Shown here piece by piece: positions 1-9,656 of a stretch of DNA of 33,827 bases (position 1 is the stretch's first letter; each line of letters starts with the position of its first letter). The position numbers and the translations under genes are program-made. The stretch is taken from positions 1 to 33,827 of the forward strand of contig WTAY01000126.1 in NCBI GenBank assembly GCA_013139345.1, read 5' to 3'. Source of the stretch: Methylophaga sp. GTDB taxonomy: Bacteria; Pseudomonadota; Gammaproteobacteria; Nitrosococcales; Methylophagaceae. The notes beneath the pieces are model-generated. The model was not told where the DNA came from and ran no database searches. It was given only the letters and a program-made list of their open reading frames with translations.

Positions 1-30
1 CCCATGTGAAAGTAGGTCACTGCCAGGCTT
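1..30 (+). rRNA. rrf: 3' end of 5S ribosomal RNA (partial, runs off the left edge)
   Basis: CCCATGTGAAAGTAGGTCACTGCCAGGCTT aligns with the remembered E. coli 5S 3' end CCCATGCGAGAGTAGGGAACTGCCAGGCAT. It is followed directly by an intrinsic terminator. Confidence 0.8.
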
Positions 31-42
31 AAATATAAAGAA

Positions 43-77
43 ATACCCAGTCCTTAATACGGTCTGGGTATTTTTTT
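43..77 (+). terminator. Rho-independent terminator of the rrn operon
   Basis: Stem ATACCCAG (43-50) pairs with CTGGGTAT (64-71) across a 13-nt loop, and a T-run extends to 77. Confidence 0.75.
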
Positions 78-280
78 GCCTGTAAGAAAGGCTGAGACAC
101 AGTATCTAAAATATTTTGGTATGATAACAATTGAGGATTTGTCAGCCTGTGACAGAAGCTCATCTACAGCTCTATGCAGTAAGACTAGATAACTTTTAGT
201 TGGAGGGGGCTGGGTGGAATTGCGAGTAAGCTAACCTCTTGCAATTAAGTACGTTTACTCATTCATTCTGAGGATAAATA

Positions 281-928
281 TTGGATAACACTACGTTATT
301 AACCGAATTAGTTTATGACCAGATTGCAGATAGTTTGGCTGGCGATGGTTATATCATCTTGCCAAATTTCCTTCCTGATGAAACTACACAGCAGCTGTAT
401 AAACATGTATGTAATTTACCAGATAAAGAATTTAAGATGGCTGGAGTTGGCCGAAATAATGAGAAACAAGTTGATTATAAAATTCGCAGTGATCAAACGA
501 GTTGGTTAGCAAGCGACGCTATAATTGAAAATGCTTACCTTTCTGTTATGGAAGAATGTCGAAAAGAGTTAAATAGACGTCTATTCTTAGGCTTGTTCGA
601 TTATGAGGCTCATTTTGCACATTATGCTAAGGGTAGTTATTACCAACGTCATATAGATGCTTTTAAGGGGCTTTCTAGTCGTGTAATAACGACAGTGTTT
701 TATCTTAATTCTGATTGGAATGAAGAGCATGGTGGTGAACTAGTTATTTATTCACCAGATAGTAATGAGGTTCTGCACCGAATCTTGCCAAAGTTTGGCA
801 AGATGGTGATTTTTCTGAGTGATCGTTTTCCGCATGAAGTGTTGGCTGCAAAACAAGATCGTTATAGTATTTCTGGCTGGTTTAGAGTAAACAATTCAAA
901 TAGCCTCGCTGTCGATCCATTTAACTAA
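281..928 (+). CDS. 2OG-Fe(II) oxygenase, prolyl-4-hydroxylase-like (P4Hc / 2OG-FeII_Oxy_3 type)
   Basis: Facial-triad pattern HID (YYQRHIDAF), distal His in FPHEVL, and RYSISGWF for 2OG binding. The start is TTG with a GAGGA ribosome-binding site 6 nt upstream. An in-frame TAA at 275-277 rules out a longer ORF. Confidence 0.75.
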   Translation: MDNTTLLTELVYDQIADSLAGDGYIILPNFLPDETTQQLYKHVCNLPDKEFKMAGVGRNNEKQVDYKIRSDQTSWLASDAIIENAYLSVMEECRKELNRRLFLGLFDYEAHFAHYAKGSYYQRHIDAFKGLSSRVITTVFYLNSDWNEEHGGELVIYSPDSNEVLHRILPKFGKMVIFLSDRFPHEVLAAKQDRYSISGWFRVNNSNSLAVDPFN

Positions 929-1970
929 ACATTTCACCTACCGCTTTACTTAAACTATCTGAACGACTCGGAGAACGTAATACCTTCATTATATGAGGTC
1001 GTATTCCCGGCATAAACATCACATCAGCAAGCAACTGACTAAAAGCAGCTTGTCCTGCATTATTCTTGGCTAGTTGTTCTAAATAGAGCTGACAAAGTGA
1101 CTTTTGTTTTAATATCCGCCAAATCCGACCCGAGATAGTTGCTAACACTTCGATATCTCGACTACATGGATGCTGTAGAACCTGCTTCACCATTTGGTCA
1201 ACTAGGCCTGTTGCAGCACTATTAGATACTGCGCGTAGACAGGCACAAATTTGTGCAATATTGGGCTCTTTTTCTTCTAGCTCAGCTTTTATGCGCTGGG
1301 CTAGTATTTCTACAATGCCAATGACCGGCGAGGCGCTTTCAAGAAAGGTGCTGAACATCATAAAAGGTTCAGGCGGTAGACGTGACATAAGCCTTATTAA
1401 GTTTAATATTTCATTTATGTCATCTATTCTAGCTGCAACATCAGCTACGCCTTGCATACCTAATGATGGCCACGTATCTAATTCTTTTTGGCCAGAAAAA
1501 TAGTCACGTGCATCATCGTAGTAATGTGAAGGTTTTAGTGATAGGTTTTTTCTAACCAGAGCATTAAATCCTGCCATACGATCTTCACGAGGCTTAAACG
1601 TATAAGGACTATCTTTTAATGCGCTCTCAATGACTTTACCATCTTTGGCTGCAAGCATAGATTCGCCAACACGTTCTAGTACCATAACAAGAAATTCATC
1701 ACGCGCTGCTTGGATCAACAAACCTTGTTCATCTAAAGGTAGTTTTAGAAACCAGACATAACGCTTATATGGCACTTTAGGATCCCAGAAAACGACACCA
1801 AATAAAGCTGATTTTTTAAATGGGTAGGGATAGGGCTCTCTCGCAAATTCAAACTCAACAAATTCATCTGGAGTTAATTTAACAATACGGCGGCCCATAT
1901 CAAAAATTCGATATTTTGCCCCGCTGTGATGGAGAAATTCATTTAAAGTTGTAATGTTGTTTGTTGCCAT
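921..1970 (-). CDS. Conserved hypothetical protein, resembles the DUF3549 family
   Basis: Clean 349-aa ORF with an ATG start and AGGAG 6 nt upstream, 36 nt downstream of argJ. The N-terminal pattern (FDMGRR, PYPYPF, VWFLKLPLDEQGLL) matches my memory of DUF3549. The family label is unverified. Confidence 0.55.
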   Translation of the reverse strand: MATNNITTLNEFLHHSGAKYRIFDMGRRIVKLTPDEFVEFEFAREPYPYPFKKSALFGVVFWDPKVPYKRYVWFLKLPLDEQGLLIQAARDEFLVMVLERVGESMLAAKDGKVIESALKDSPYTFKPREDRMAGFNALVRKNLSLKPSHYYDDARDYFSGQKELDTWPSLGMQGVADVAARIDDINEILNLIRLMSRLPPEPFMMFSTFLESASPVIGIVEILAQRIKAELEEKEPNIAQICACLRAVSNSAATGLVDQMVKQVLQHPCSRDIEVLATISGRIWRILKQKSLCQLYLEQLAKNNAGQAAFSQLLADVMFMPGIRPHIMKVLRSPSRSDSLSKAVGEMFS

Positions 1971-2006
1971 AGTTAGCTCCTACATAACGCAAATTAAACT
2001 AAGTTG

Positions 2007-3233
2007 CTACGTCCTGTATTCAGCATTAATCTTGACATAATCATATGAAAAATCACATGTCCATATAGTATCTTTAGCCATACCTCGGCCTAGTTCAACT
2101 TTAATAGTGATTTCATCTTGGTCCATTACTTTCTGACCTTGTTCTTCAGTATACTCTGAGGCTGGCTCGCCATTTTTAACGATACAAATATCATCTAAGT
2201 AAATTGCGACTTTTGATAAGTTAAATTCTGTTACACCACTTCGGCCCACAGCCGCCAAAATTCGACCCCAGTTTGGATCTGAAGCAAATAGGGCTGTTTT
2301 CACCAGCGGAGAGTGTGCAATGGTATAAGCAACCTGACGACATTCAGCAGTATCAACACCCTGTTGCACATCAATAGCAATAAATTTAGTGGCACCTTCG
2401 CCATCTCTTACGATTGCATGAGCAAGTTGCTGGCTAATCTCTGCAATAATTTGATAAAGCATTTGAGCTGAATTATCATCAATACTTGTAATAGTAGAAC
2501 TACCTGCTTGAGCTGTTGCTATCAAAACACAGGCATCATTTGTTGAGGTATCACCATCCACCGTAATTCGGTTAAATGATTGCTCAACAGCATTGTGTAG
2601 CATCGTATCCAAAACAGATTGTTCAATGGCTGCATCGGTAGCAATATAAGACAACATTGTTGCCATATCTGGGCGAATCATTCCCGACCCTTTTGCCATT
2701 CCCGTTACAGTAATTGTTTTACCATCAACCTCAATTTGTTTTGAAATTGCTTTTGCGACGGTATCGGTTGTCATGATCGCGTGAGCGGCATCAAACCAAT
2801 TATCACGTATTAAGCTTTGGTATGCAGCTGGTAGGGCTGTTGTCATTTTATCAACAGGTAACTGTTGTCCGATTACCCCTGTTGAAAATGGCAGTACAGT
2901 ATTAGCTGACACATTGGCTAGTTCAGCAACAGCCTGACAACAACGTTGTGCAGATTGCATACCGGCTTCACCAGTTCCTGCATTGGCATTGCCTGAGTTG
3001 ATCAGTAAATAGAGTGGCGATGCTTGCTGTTGATGTTGTTTTGCTAATGTAACAGGGGCAGCACAGAATGAATTTTTAGTATAAACCACTGAGGTACTGC
3101 TACCTTGTGCAATTTTGATTAAAACTAAGTCTTCTTTACCTACTGTTTTGATACCTGCACTTGCAATACCAATTTCGATGCCTTTGATTGGCAATAAAGT
3201 GGAGGCAGTCGGTACAGGTAAATTAACAGGCAT
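2007..3233 (-). CDS. argJ: Bifunctional ornithine acetyltransferase / N-acetylglutamate synthase ArgJ
   Basis: 408 aa with the autoprocessing and active-site region PDMATMLSYIATDA and with MTTDT. The start overlaps the secA stop (TAATG). Confidence 0.93.
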   Translation of the reverse strand: MPVNLPVPTASTLLPIKGIEIGIASAGIKTVGKEDLVLIKIAQGSSTSVVYTKNSFCAAPVTLAKQHQQQASPLYLLINSGNANAGTGEAGMQSAQRCCQAVAELANVSANTVLPFSTGVIGQQLPVDKMTTALPAAYQSLIRDNWFDAAHAIMTTDTVAKAISKQIEVDGKTITVTGMAKGSGMIRPDMATMLSYIATDAAIEQSVLDTMLHNAVEQSFNRITVDGDTSTNDACVLIATAQAGSSTITSIDDNSAQMLYQIIAEISQQLAHAIVRDGEGATKFIAIDVQQGVDTAECRQVAYTIAHSPLVKTALFASDPNWGRILAAVGRSGVTEFNLSKVAIYLDDICIVKNGEPASEYTEEQGQKVMDQDEITIKVELGRGMAKDTIWTCDFSYDYVKINAEYRT

Positions 3234-5941
3234 TAGCTAATAGCACCATGACATTGCTTAAATTTCTTACCTGAACCACACGGGCAAGGATCATTACGGC
3301 CGACTTTTTTACCATCACGTGTTACAGGTTGTTGGTGAGAAGGGAGTTCTTCACCACCATCTAAAGCTTCTGCTTCATCGTGTTGATATTCAACCTCACC
3401 TGATTGGCGGCGCTGCTCTTCAACGGCTTCGACATCTTCAGGAGCGCGAACTTGAACACGCGAAATTAATGAAATAATTTCATGTTTAATATTTTCTAAC
3501 ATCGCAGTAAACATAGCGAATGCTTCACGTTTAAATTCTTGTTTTGGATCTTTTTGGGCATAACCACGCAAGTTAATACCTTGGCGTAAATAATCCATTT
3601 GAGCCAAATGCTCTTTCCACTGAGCATCTAGTGTTTGTAGCATGATTGCTTTTTCGAAGTTACGCATCAACTCACTGCTAACGGCTTCTTCTTTTGCCTT
3701 ACACTCTGCTTCGGCAGCATCGATTATACGTTGGCGTAAGTTTTCTTCATGTAAGTCACTTTCTTGCTCTAACCACTCGTTCACATTGAGTGCTAAAGAA
3801 AAATCATCACGTAAGGCATCTTCTAAGCCCGAAACATTCCACTGCTCATCAATACTATTGGGTGGGATATAAGTACTAATTGCGTCATCAAGTACCGATG
3901 CACGCATTGATATAATTGTTTCTGCTACATCACTTTGTGCCATTAACTCATCACGTTGTTCATAGATCACTTTACGTTGATCATTCGCGACATCATCATA
4001 TTCAAGCAACTGTTTACGAATATCGAAGTTATGTCCTTCTACCTTCTTTTGAGCATTTTCAATCGCACGAGACACCCAAGGGTGTTCAATTGCTTCACCT
4101 TTTTCCATGCCTAATTTTTTCATCAAACCAGACATACGTTCAGAAGCAAAAATTCGCATGAGATTATCTTCTAGAGATAGATAAAATCGACTTGTTCCTG
4201 CATCACCTTGGCGACCTGAACGACCACGGAGTTGATTATCAACACGGCGAGATTCATGTCGTTCTGAACCAATGATGTGTAAGCCACCTGATGTTAACAC
4301 CGCATCGTGACGTATTTGCCATGCGTGAGTTACTTTTTCTTTTTCGGCATCACTTGCTTGCTCGCCTAAGTTTGCGATCTCAACTTCAAGGCTACCACCT
4401 AATACAATATCTGTACCACGGCCAGCCATATTAGTTGCGATAGTCACTGCACCAGGACTACCTGCTTGAGCAATAATATGGGCTTCTCTTTCATGTTGTT
4501 TAGCATTTAAGACTTCATGAGAGATTTTAGCCTTGCTTAATAGATCATGTAGATACTCTGAGCTTTCAATTGATGATGTACCAACAAGGACTGGTTGCTT
4601 TCTTTCAACACATTGCGTGATATCAACAACAATCGCATCATATTTTTCTGTAGTTGTAAGATAAATTTGATCCGCACCATCTTTACGCTGCATATCTCTA
4701 TGAGTTGGAATTACAAGAACTTCCAATCCATAAATTGATTGTAACTCAAATGCTTCTGTATCCGCTGTCCCAGTCATTCCTGACAACTTTGTGTACAAGC
4801 GAAAGTAATTCTGGAAAGTGATCGACGCTAATGTTTGGTTCTCATTTTGAATGTTTGCACCTTCTTTAGCTTCAACAGCTTGGTGTAAACCTTCAGACCA
4901 ACGACGTCCTGGCATTGTGCGGCCAATAAATTCATCAACGATAACAACTTCATTGTCTTGTACGATGTAGTCCACATCACGTTGAAATAACACATGCGCA
5001 CGTAATGCCGCAGTAACGTGATGCATTAGACTAATGTTAGCCGCATCATAAAGACTGGCATTGTCATCTAACAAGCCAATTTCTGTTAATAAGTTTTCAA
5101 TTTTCTCATGACCAGCTTCAGTAAAGTGAACTTGTTTAGATTTCTCATCAACAGTGTAATCACCTTCAATTTCCACCTCATCGCCTTCACCAATTTGTTT
5201 CGATAAACTAGGAATTAACTTATCAATACGTTGGTATAGCTCAGAACTATCTTCAGCTGGGCCTGAAATAACAAGTGGTGTACGTGCTTCATCAATTAAA
5301 ATTGAATCAACTTCATCAACAACTGCATAGTGTAATTTACGCTGTACCTTTTCTTCCAAACTAAAGGCCATATTATCGCGTAGATAATCAAAGCCAAATT
5401 CATTATTAGTACCGTAAGTGATATCAGAGGCATAGGCTTCACGACGAGCATCTGGCTCCATTCCCGCAGTAATGACGCCTGTTGTTAAGCCTAAGAATCG
5501 GTATAACTGGCCCATTAAGGCTGAGTCGCGTTGAGCGAGGTAATCATTTACAGTAATTAAATGAACACCTTCGCCTTCTAAAGCATTAAGGTAAATAGCT
5601 AGGGTTGCAACAAGTGTTTTACCTTCACCTGTACGCATTTCTGCAATTTTTCCTTCATTTAATACGATACCGCCGATCATCTGCACGTCAAAGTGGCGCA
5701 TTCCTAGCGCGCGCTGGCTCGCTGCGCGAACAACGGCAAATGCCTCAGGAAGAATATCATCAAGCGTTTTTCCATCCGTTAACTGCTGACGTAATTCAGT
5801 TGTTTTCGCTTGTAAAGCAGCGTCATCGAGCTGTTCAAGCTCCGCCTCGAAATTAGCAATTTTATCTACGGTCTTGCGTAATTGTTTAAGCACTCGTTCA
5901 TTACGACTGCCGAAGATCTTGCTAAAAAAGGTGCTTACCAT
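3233..5941 (-). CDS. secA: Preprotein translocase ATPase SecA
   Basis: 902 aa with Walker [28 protein letters not shown], and the C-terminal zinc motif [14 protein letters not shown]. Confidence 0.97.
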   Translation of the reverse strand: MVSTFFSKIFGSRNERVLKQLRKTVDKIANFEAELEQLDDAALQAKTTELRQQLTDGKTLDDILPEAFAVVRAASQRALGMRHFDVQMIGGIVLNEGKIAEMRTGEGKTLVATLAIYLNALEGEGVHLITVNDYLAQRDSALMGQLYRFLGLTTGVITAGMEPDARREAYASDITYGTNNEFGFDYLRDNMAFSLEEKVQRKLHYAVVDEVDSILIDEARTPLVISGPAEDSSELYQRIDKLIPSLSKQIGEGDEVEIEGDYTVDEKSKQVHFTEAGHEKIENLLTEIGLLDDNASLYDAANISLMHHVTAALRAHVLFQRDVDYIVQDNEVVIVDEFIGRTMPGRRWSEGLHQAVEAKEGANIQNENQTLASITFQNYFRLYTKLSGMTGTADTEAFELQSIYGLEVLVIPTHRDMQRKDGADQIYLTTTEKYDAIVVDITQCVERKQPVLVGTSSIESSEYLHDLLSKAKISHEVLNAKQHEREAHIIAQAGSPGAVTIATNMAGRGTDIVLGGSLEVEIANLGEQASDAEKEKVTHAWQIRHDAVLTSGGLHIIGSERHESRRVDNQLRGRSGRQGDAGTSRFYLSLEDNLMRIFASERMSGLMKKLGMEKGEAIEHPWVSRAIENAQKKVEGHNFDIRKQLLEYDDVANDQRKVIYEQRDELMAQSDVAETIISMRASVLDDAISTYIPPNSIDEQWNVSGLEDALRDDFSLALNVNEWLEQESDLHEENLRQRIIDAAEAECKAKEEAVSSELMRNFEKAIMLQTLDAQWKEHLAQMDYLRQGINLRGYAQKDPKQEFKREAFAMFTAMLENIKHEIISLISRVQVRAPEDVEAVEEQRRQSGEVEYQHDEAEALDGGEELPSHQQPVTRDGKKVGRNDPCPCGSGKKFKQCHGAIS

Positions 5942-6076
5942 TGCTTGTTACTACCTGTAGTTACTAAGTATCCATCCGGAAACGAGATTATGAAAACGCA
6001 TGATTATAACGCGTAGAATTTGATAGGTCTAAAGTCTATTTTGAATAGATGGGGCTCTTTATGTAGAACTCAAGGT

Positions 6077-6973
6077 TTAGCCTTTTACAAAGCTATATGG
6101 GTTGATTGTTTTACCATCCCGTAATACTTCAAAATGAACATGTGGGCCTGTCGAACGACCTGTCGAGCCCATTAATGCGATTGCTTGTCCTTTCTCAACG
6201 CGATCACCCACTTTCACGATGAGCGTTTTATTATGAGCATAGCGCGTAATATACCCATTACCATGATCGATTTCGACAAGTTGCCCATAGCCGCTACGTT
6301 TTCCCGTCCAAGTGATTATTCCATCAGCAACAGAAAAGACTTTACTGCCTAGCTTCCCTGCGATATCAAGACCATGATGGAATACTTTTTTACCATTAAA
6401 GGGATCTATCCGTTTACCATAATAGGATGAGATCCAGCCCTCCTTTGAGGGGGATCCCTGAGGAATTGCAGAACGGATGCTGTCATTGGTTAAGTAGACA
6501 TTTTGTAGCATTTCTAGCTGTCGGTCTTGAGTTTTAAACGTGTTTGCTAGTTGTTTTAATTCTTGCTGGAAGCTTGTCTGCGAAATGTCTTGTCCTTCTA
6601 GCGCAATACCACCTTGGGGTGGACGAATTTCCAATTCAAAAACAGCGGTATCTATCCCTGCCATTTTTGCAATTTTTTCCGTTAATGCTTTTAAACGAAT
6701 TGATTCCGCCTGTAATTGGCCTAAGCGTTGAGCATAATATTCTTGTATTGCTAATTCAGAGTTCTGTTCAGTAAGGCCTGCATCCTCTGTTTGCATTGAA
6801 ATAGTAGGCGCAATAGCTTCAGGAACAAGTGAAATATTGGCTTTGGTGTCAACCGACATCATAATAGTTACAAGTACAGCAGTGAAAACACCTACCAACA
6901 AGAAGAAACTCTTGCGAGTAAAGTGCCAATGTTTATGTGTCCTGTTATTTGACGGTATAATGATAATCTGCAT
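6077..6973 (-). CDS. Membrane-anchored M23 (LytM-type) metallopeptidase with a coiled-coil linker
   Basis: N-terminal TM segment FFLLVGVFTAVLVTIMM, a Q/E/L-rich helical region, and intact catalytic motifs HHGLDIAG (HxxxD) and GPHVHFEV (HxH). I prefer the ATG at 6973 (GAAGG 7-9 nt upstream) over the ORF-track GTG at 6979. Confidence 0.85.
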   Translation of the reverse strand: MQIIIIPSNNRTHKHWHFTRKSFFLLVGVFTAVLVTIMMSVDTKANISLVPEAIAPTISMQTEDAGLTEQNSELAIQEYYAQRLGQLQAESIRLKALTEKIAKMAGIDTAVFELEIRPPQGGIALEGQDISQTSFQQELKQLANTFKTQDRQLEMLQNVYLTNDSIRSAIPQGSPSKEGWISSYYGKRIDPFNGKKVFHHGLDIAGKLGSKVFSVADGIITWTGKRSGYGQLVEIDHGNGYITRYAHNKTLIVKVGDRVEKGQAIALMGSTGRSTGPHVHFEVLRDGKTINPYSFVKG

Positions 6974-7003
6974 TTTCACCCTTCACTAAAAGTATGGCTA
7001 GCC

Positions 7004-7447
7004 ATGACAAACAAACTAGAACAAATTAGAACTGTTTGCACGAAGAATAGTCAACTTAGCAAGCTAACACAACGAACACAGCAATTAAGCAAGTTAAACT
7101 ACATATTGCAACAAGTCATGCCGCCTCAATTTTCAGCACATTGCCAACTTGCAAACGTTCGAGCGCAAACACTTGTCGTTCACACTGATAATGCGAGCTA
7201 TGCAAGTCTCCTTCGCTTCCAGGCAAATACCTTATGTACGGCATTATCTGAATATCTACCTCAGCCAGTTACTAAACTTGAAGTAAAAGTTAGGCCAAGA
7301 TATGAAACTGTAAAAAGCGAGAACACCTCTTCAATATCTCTATCTGAGGATGCTGTAGATGCGTTAACTCAGACAGCAGAAACAATGGAAGAGGGACCAT
7401 TGAAGACTGCTTTGCAAAAGTTAGCTAAACGCCGTAAAAAGAATTAA
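7004..7447 (+). CDS. DUF721 family protein, a possible DciA-type helicase operator
   Basis: 147 aa. The core [35 protein letters not shown] fits the DUF721 pattern of a hydrophobic strand followed by an 'A..LR' helix. The position between lpxC and secA is typical of non-enteric gammaproteobacteria. The family call comes from pattern memory only. Confidence 0.55.
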   Translation: MTNKLEQIRTVCTKNSQLSKLTQRTQQLSKLNYILQQVMPPQFSAHCQLANVRAQTLVVHTDNASYASLLRFQANTLCTALSEYLPQPVTKLEVKVRPRYETVKSENTSSISLSEDAVDALTQTAETMEEGPLKTALQKLAKRRKKN

Positions 7448-8361
7448 TTTACAGTTGATGCTGCCGGGCGGCTAAATGCGATTGGCGCATCTTTTTCATC
7501 ATCAAAGCTCACTAATTCCCAGCAATCTGTTTCAACCAACAGCTTACGTAGTAGCTTGTTATTAACTTCGTGCCCTGATTTATGTCCACTAAACGCACCA
7601 ATCAAGCTGTGACCTAGCAAATATAAATCACCAATAGCATCTAAAACTTTGTGGCGGACAAATTCATCTTCATAGCGAAGACCATCTTCATTCACAACAC
7701 GGTAATCATCAACAACGATGGCATTATCCATACTGCCACCGAGTGCTAAATTATTTTCACGCAACTTTTCGATATCTTTCATAAAACCAAAAGTACGAGC
7801 ACGACTGACTTCACGAACAAATGATGTAGAGGAGAAGTCAACATCAACTTGTTGTGGTCTGCCAGTAAAGGCGGGATGTTCAAAATCAATGGTAAATGAC
7901 ACTTTAAACCCATCGAAAGGTTCGAACTTAGCCCATTTGTCGCCATCATCAAGTACAACGGGTTTTTTGATTCGAATAAATTGCTTAGGCGCTGATTGCT
8001 CTTCAATCCCTGCAGACTGGATTAAAAACACAAAAGGACCGGCACTACCATCCATAATAGGCACTTCTGCGGCATTAAGATCGATATAGGCATTATCAAT
8101 GCCTAAGCCTGCAAATGCAGATAATAGATGCTCAACCGTTGAAACGCGCTGCCCATGTTGAACCAAAGTTGTAGATAATGCAGTTTCACCTACATTTTCA
8201 GCTTTTGCCTCAATTTCAACGACAGGGTCAAGGTCAATACGTCGGAAAATAATGCCTGTATTTGGGGCAGCCGGACGCAATGTGAGATAAACAGTATCTC
8301 CACTATGCAAACCAACACCGGTTGCACGAATCACATTTTTCAATGTTCGTTGCTTAATCAC
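7444..8361 (-). CDS. lpxC: UDP-3-O-acyl-N-acetylglucosamine deacetylase LpxC
   Basis: The N-terminus (M)[20 protein letters not shown] is near-identical to E. coli LpxC. TVEHLLSA and GHKSGH motifs are present. GTG start with AAGGGGAG upstream. Confidence 0.96.
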   Translation of the reverse strand: MIKQRTLKNVIRATGVGLHSGDTVYLTLRPAAPNTGIIFRRIDLDPVVEIEAKAENVGETALSTTLVQHGQRVSTVEHLLSAFAGLGIDNAYIDLNAAEVPIMDGSAGPFVFLIQSAGIEEQSAPKQFIRIKKPVVLDDGDKWAKFEPFDGFKVSFTIDFEHPAFTGRPQQVDVDFSSTSFVREVSRARTFGFMKDIEKLRENNLALGGSMDNAIVVDDYRVVNEDGLRYEDEFVRHKVLDAIGDLYLLGHSLIGAFSGHKSGHEVNNKLLRKLLVETDCWELVSFDDEKDAPIAFSRPAASTVN

Positions 8362-8435
8362 GGCGTACCACTCCCCTTACAGACATAAATATCCCACGAT
8401 AATATCACATCAATACTCGGTCCAGCTAGTTGAAC

Positions 8436-9599
8436 TTAATCTGCTTGACGACGTAAAAATGCTGGAATATCTAAGTAATCCATATTTACATCACCATTTG
8501 CCACTTGTTTGTGTTGAGCCCGCTCCTCATTACGTTTTACTGTTGGGATATCATAATCAATATCTACAGGCTTTTTAACAATTTCAATTTGTGGTGCAGC
8601 TTCAGTTATATTAGGTACCGCTGCAAGGCTAGCAGCCCCTTGTGCACCTAAACCTGTAGCGACAACGGTGACTCGAATTTCATCTGTCATTTCAGGATCA
8701 ATAACAGTTCCAACGACCACAGTGGCATCTTCTGAAGCAAATTCTTTGACTGTGTTACCCACATCTTCGAACTCACCAATAGTCATATCTAGACCGGCAG
8801 TAATATTCACTAGAACACCGCGGGCTCCGGCTAGGTCTACATCTTCTAGAAGGGGACTAGACACGGCAAGTTTAGCAGCCTCAATGGCTCTGTTCTCACC
8901 TGTTGCTTGTCCTGTTCCCATCATCGCCATACCCATTTCAGACATGACAGTGCGTACGTCAGCGAAATCGACATTAATCATACCTTCACGTGTGATTAAT
9001 TCAGCAATGCCTTGAACTGCGCCTAAAAGTACATCATTAGCGGCTTTAAATGCGTTAAGTAAACTCATTTGTTTGCCAAGTACAGCCAATAATTTTTCAT
9101 TGGGAATAGTGATAAGTGAATCAACATGCTGACTTAATTCATTTAAACCTGCATCAGCAATTTTTAGACGTTTGGCACCTTCAAACGGGAATGGTTTTGT
9201 TACAACCGCAACGGTCAATATTCCCATTTCTTTAGCAACTTGAGCAACAACGGGTGCCGCACCTGTTCCTGTACCACCGCCCATTCCAGCCGTAATAAAT
9301 ACCATGTCGGCACCACTAATCACATCCATGATACGTTCACGATCTTCTAATGCTGCTTGACGACCCACATCAGGGTTAGCACCAGCACCTAAGCCTTTCG
9401 TGATATCGGTACCTAATTGTAATTGCGTCGTTGCAGAACTTTTGCGCAATGCCTGAGCATCCGTATTCGCACAAATGAAGTCCACCCCTTCAATTTCATT
9501 TTCAACCATATGTTCAAGTGCATTACCACCACCACCACCCACACCGATAACTTTAATCACTGCATTCTGTGTATAAGTATCAATTAATTCAAAAGTCAT
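8436..9599 (-). CDS. ftsZ: Cell division GTPase FtsZ
   Basis: GGGGGN and GGGTGTG tubulin signatures, and the C-terminal peptide [14 protein letters not shown]. The start is moved to the ATG at 9599 (MTFELID), which has GGGGAGAAAGGAA upstream. The ORF-track start at 9626 adds 9 unlikely residues. Confidence 0.96.
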   Translation of the reverse strand: MTFELIDTYTQNAVIKVIGVGGGGGNALEHMVENEIEGVDFICANTDAQALRKSSATTQLQLGTDITKGLGAGANPDVGRQAALEDRERIMDVISGADMVFITAGMGGGTGTGAAPVVAQVAKEMGILTVAVVTKPFPFEGAKRLKIADAGLNELSQHVDSLITIPNEKLLAVLGKQMSLLNAFKAANDVLLGAVQGIAELITREGMINVDFADVRTVMSEMGMAMMGTGQATGENRAIEAAKLAVSSPLLEDVDLAGARGVLVNITAGLDMTIGEFEDVGNTVKEFASEDATVVVGTVIDPEMTDEIRVTVVATGLGAQGAASLAAVPNITEAAPQIEIVKKPVDIDYDIPTVKRNEERAQHKQVANGDVNMDYLDIPAFLRRQAD

Positions 9600-9656
9600 T
9601 TCCTTTCTCCCCAAGTCTTCTATCATTTATATGTATTATAATTATTGTTTTAATTT

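Noticed and set aside
5950-6000. A 16-codon upstream ORF (MRFHNLVSGWILSNYR) ending 9 nt before the secA ATG, considered as a possible SecM-like regulatory arrest peptide.
   Set aside because: It is far too short to carry the signal sequence that secretion-monitor peptides need. Its ATG lies directly after a candidate TATAAT (6008-6003), so it would probably be excluded from the transcript. No arrest motif is recognisable.
7718-8089. ORFs of 60-123 aa antisense to or out of frame with known genes. Examples are 7718-8089 in lpxC, 8668-9015 in ftsZ, 13568-13888 in murC, 17002-17319 across ftsW/murD, 23191-23514 in ftsI, 27160-27477 in the Gate-domain gene, 3642-4161 and 5605-5856 in secA, and 32861-33097 in ybiT.
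   Set aside because: Each lies entirely inside a strongly supported, motif-bearing gene. Their translations are low-complexity or S/R/C-rich in the way typical of shadow frames, and none has a convincing ribosome-binding site. I treat them as shadow ORFs.
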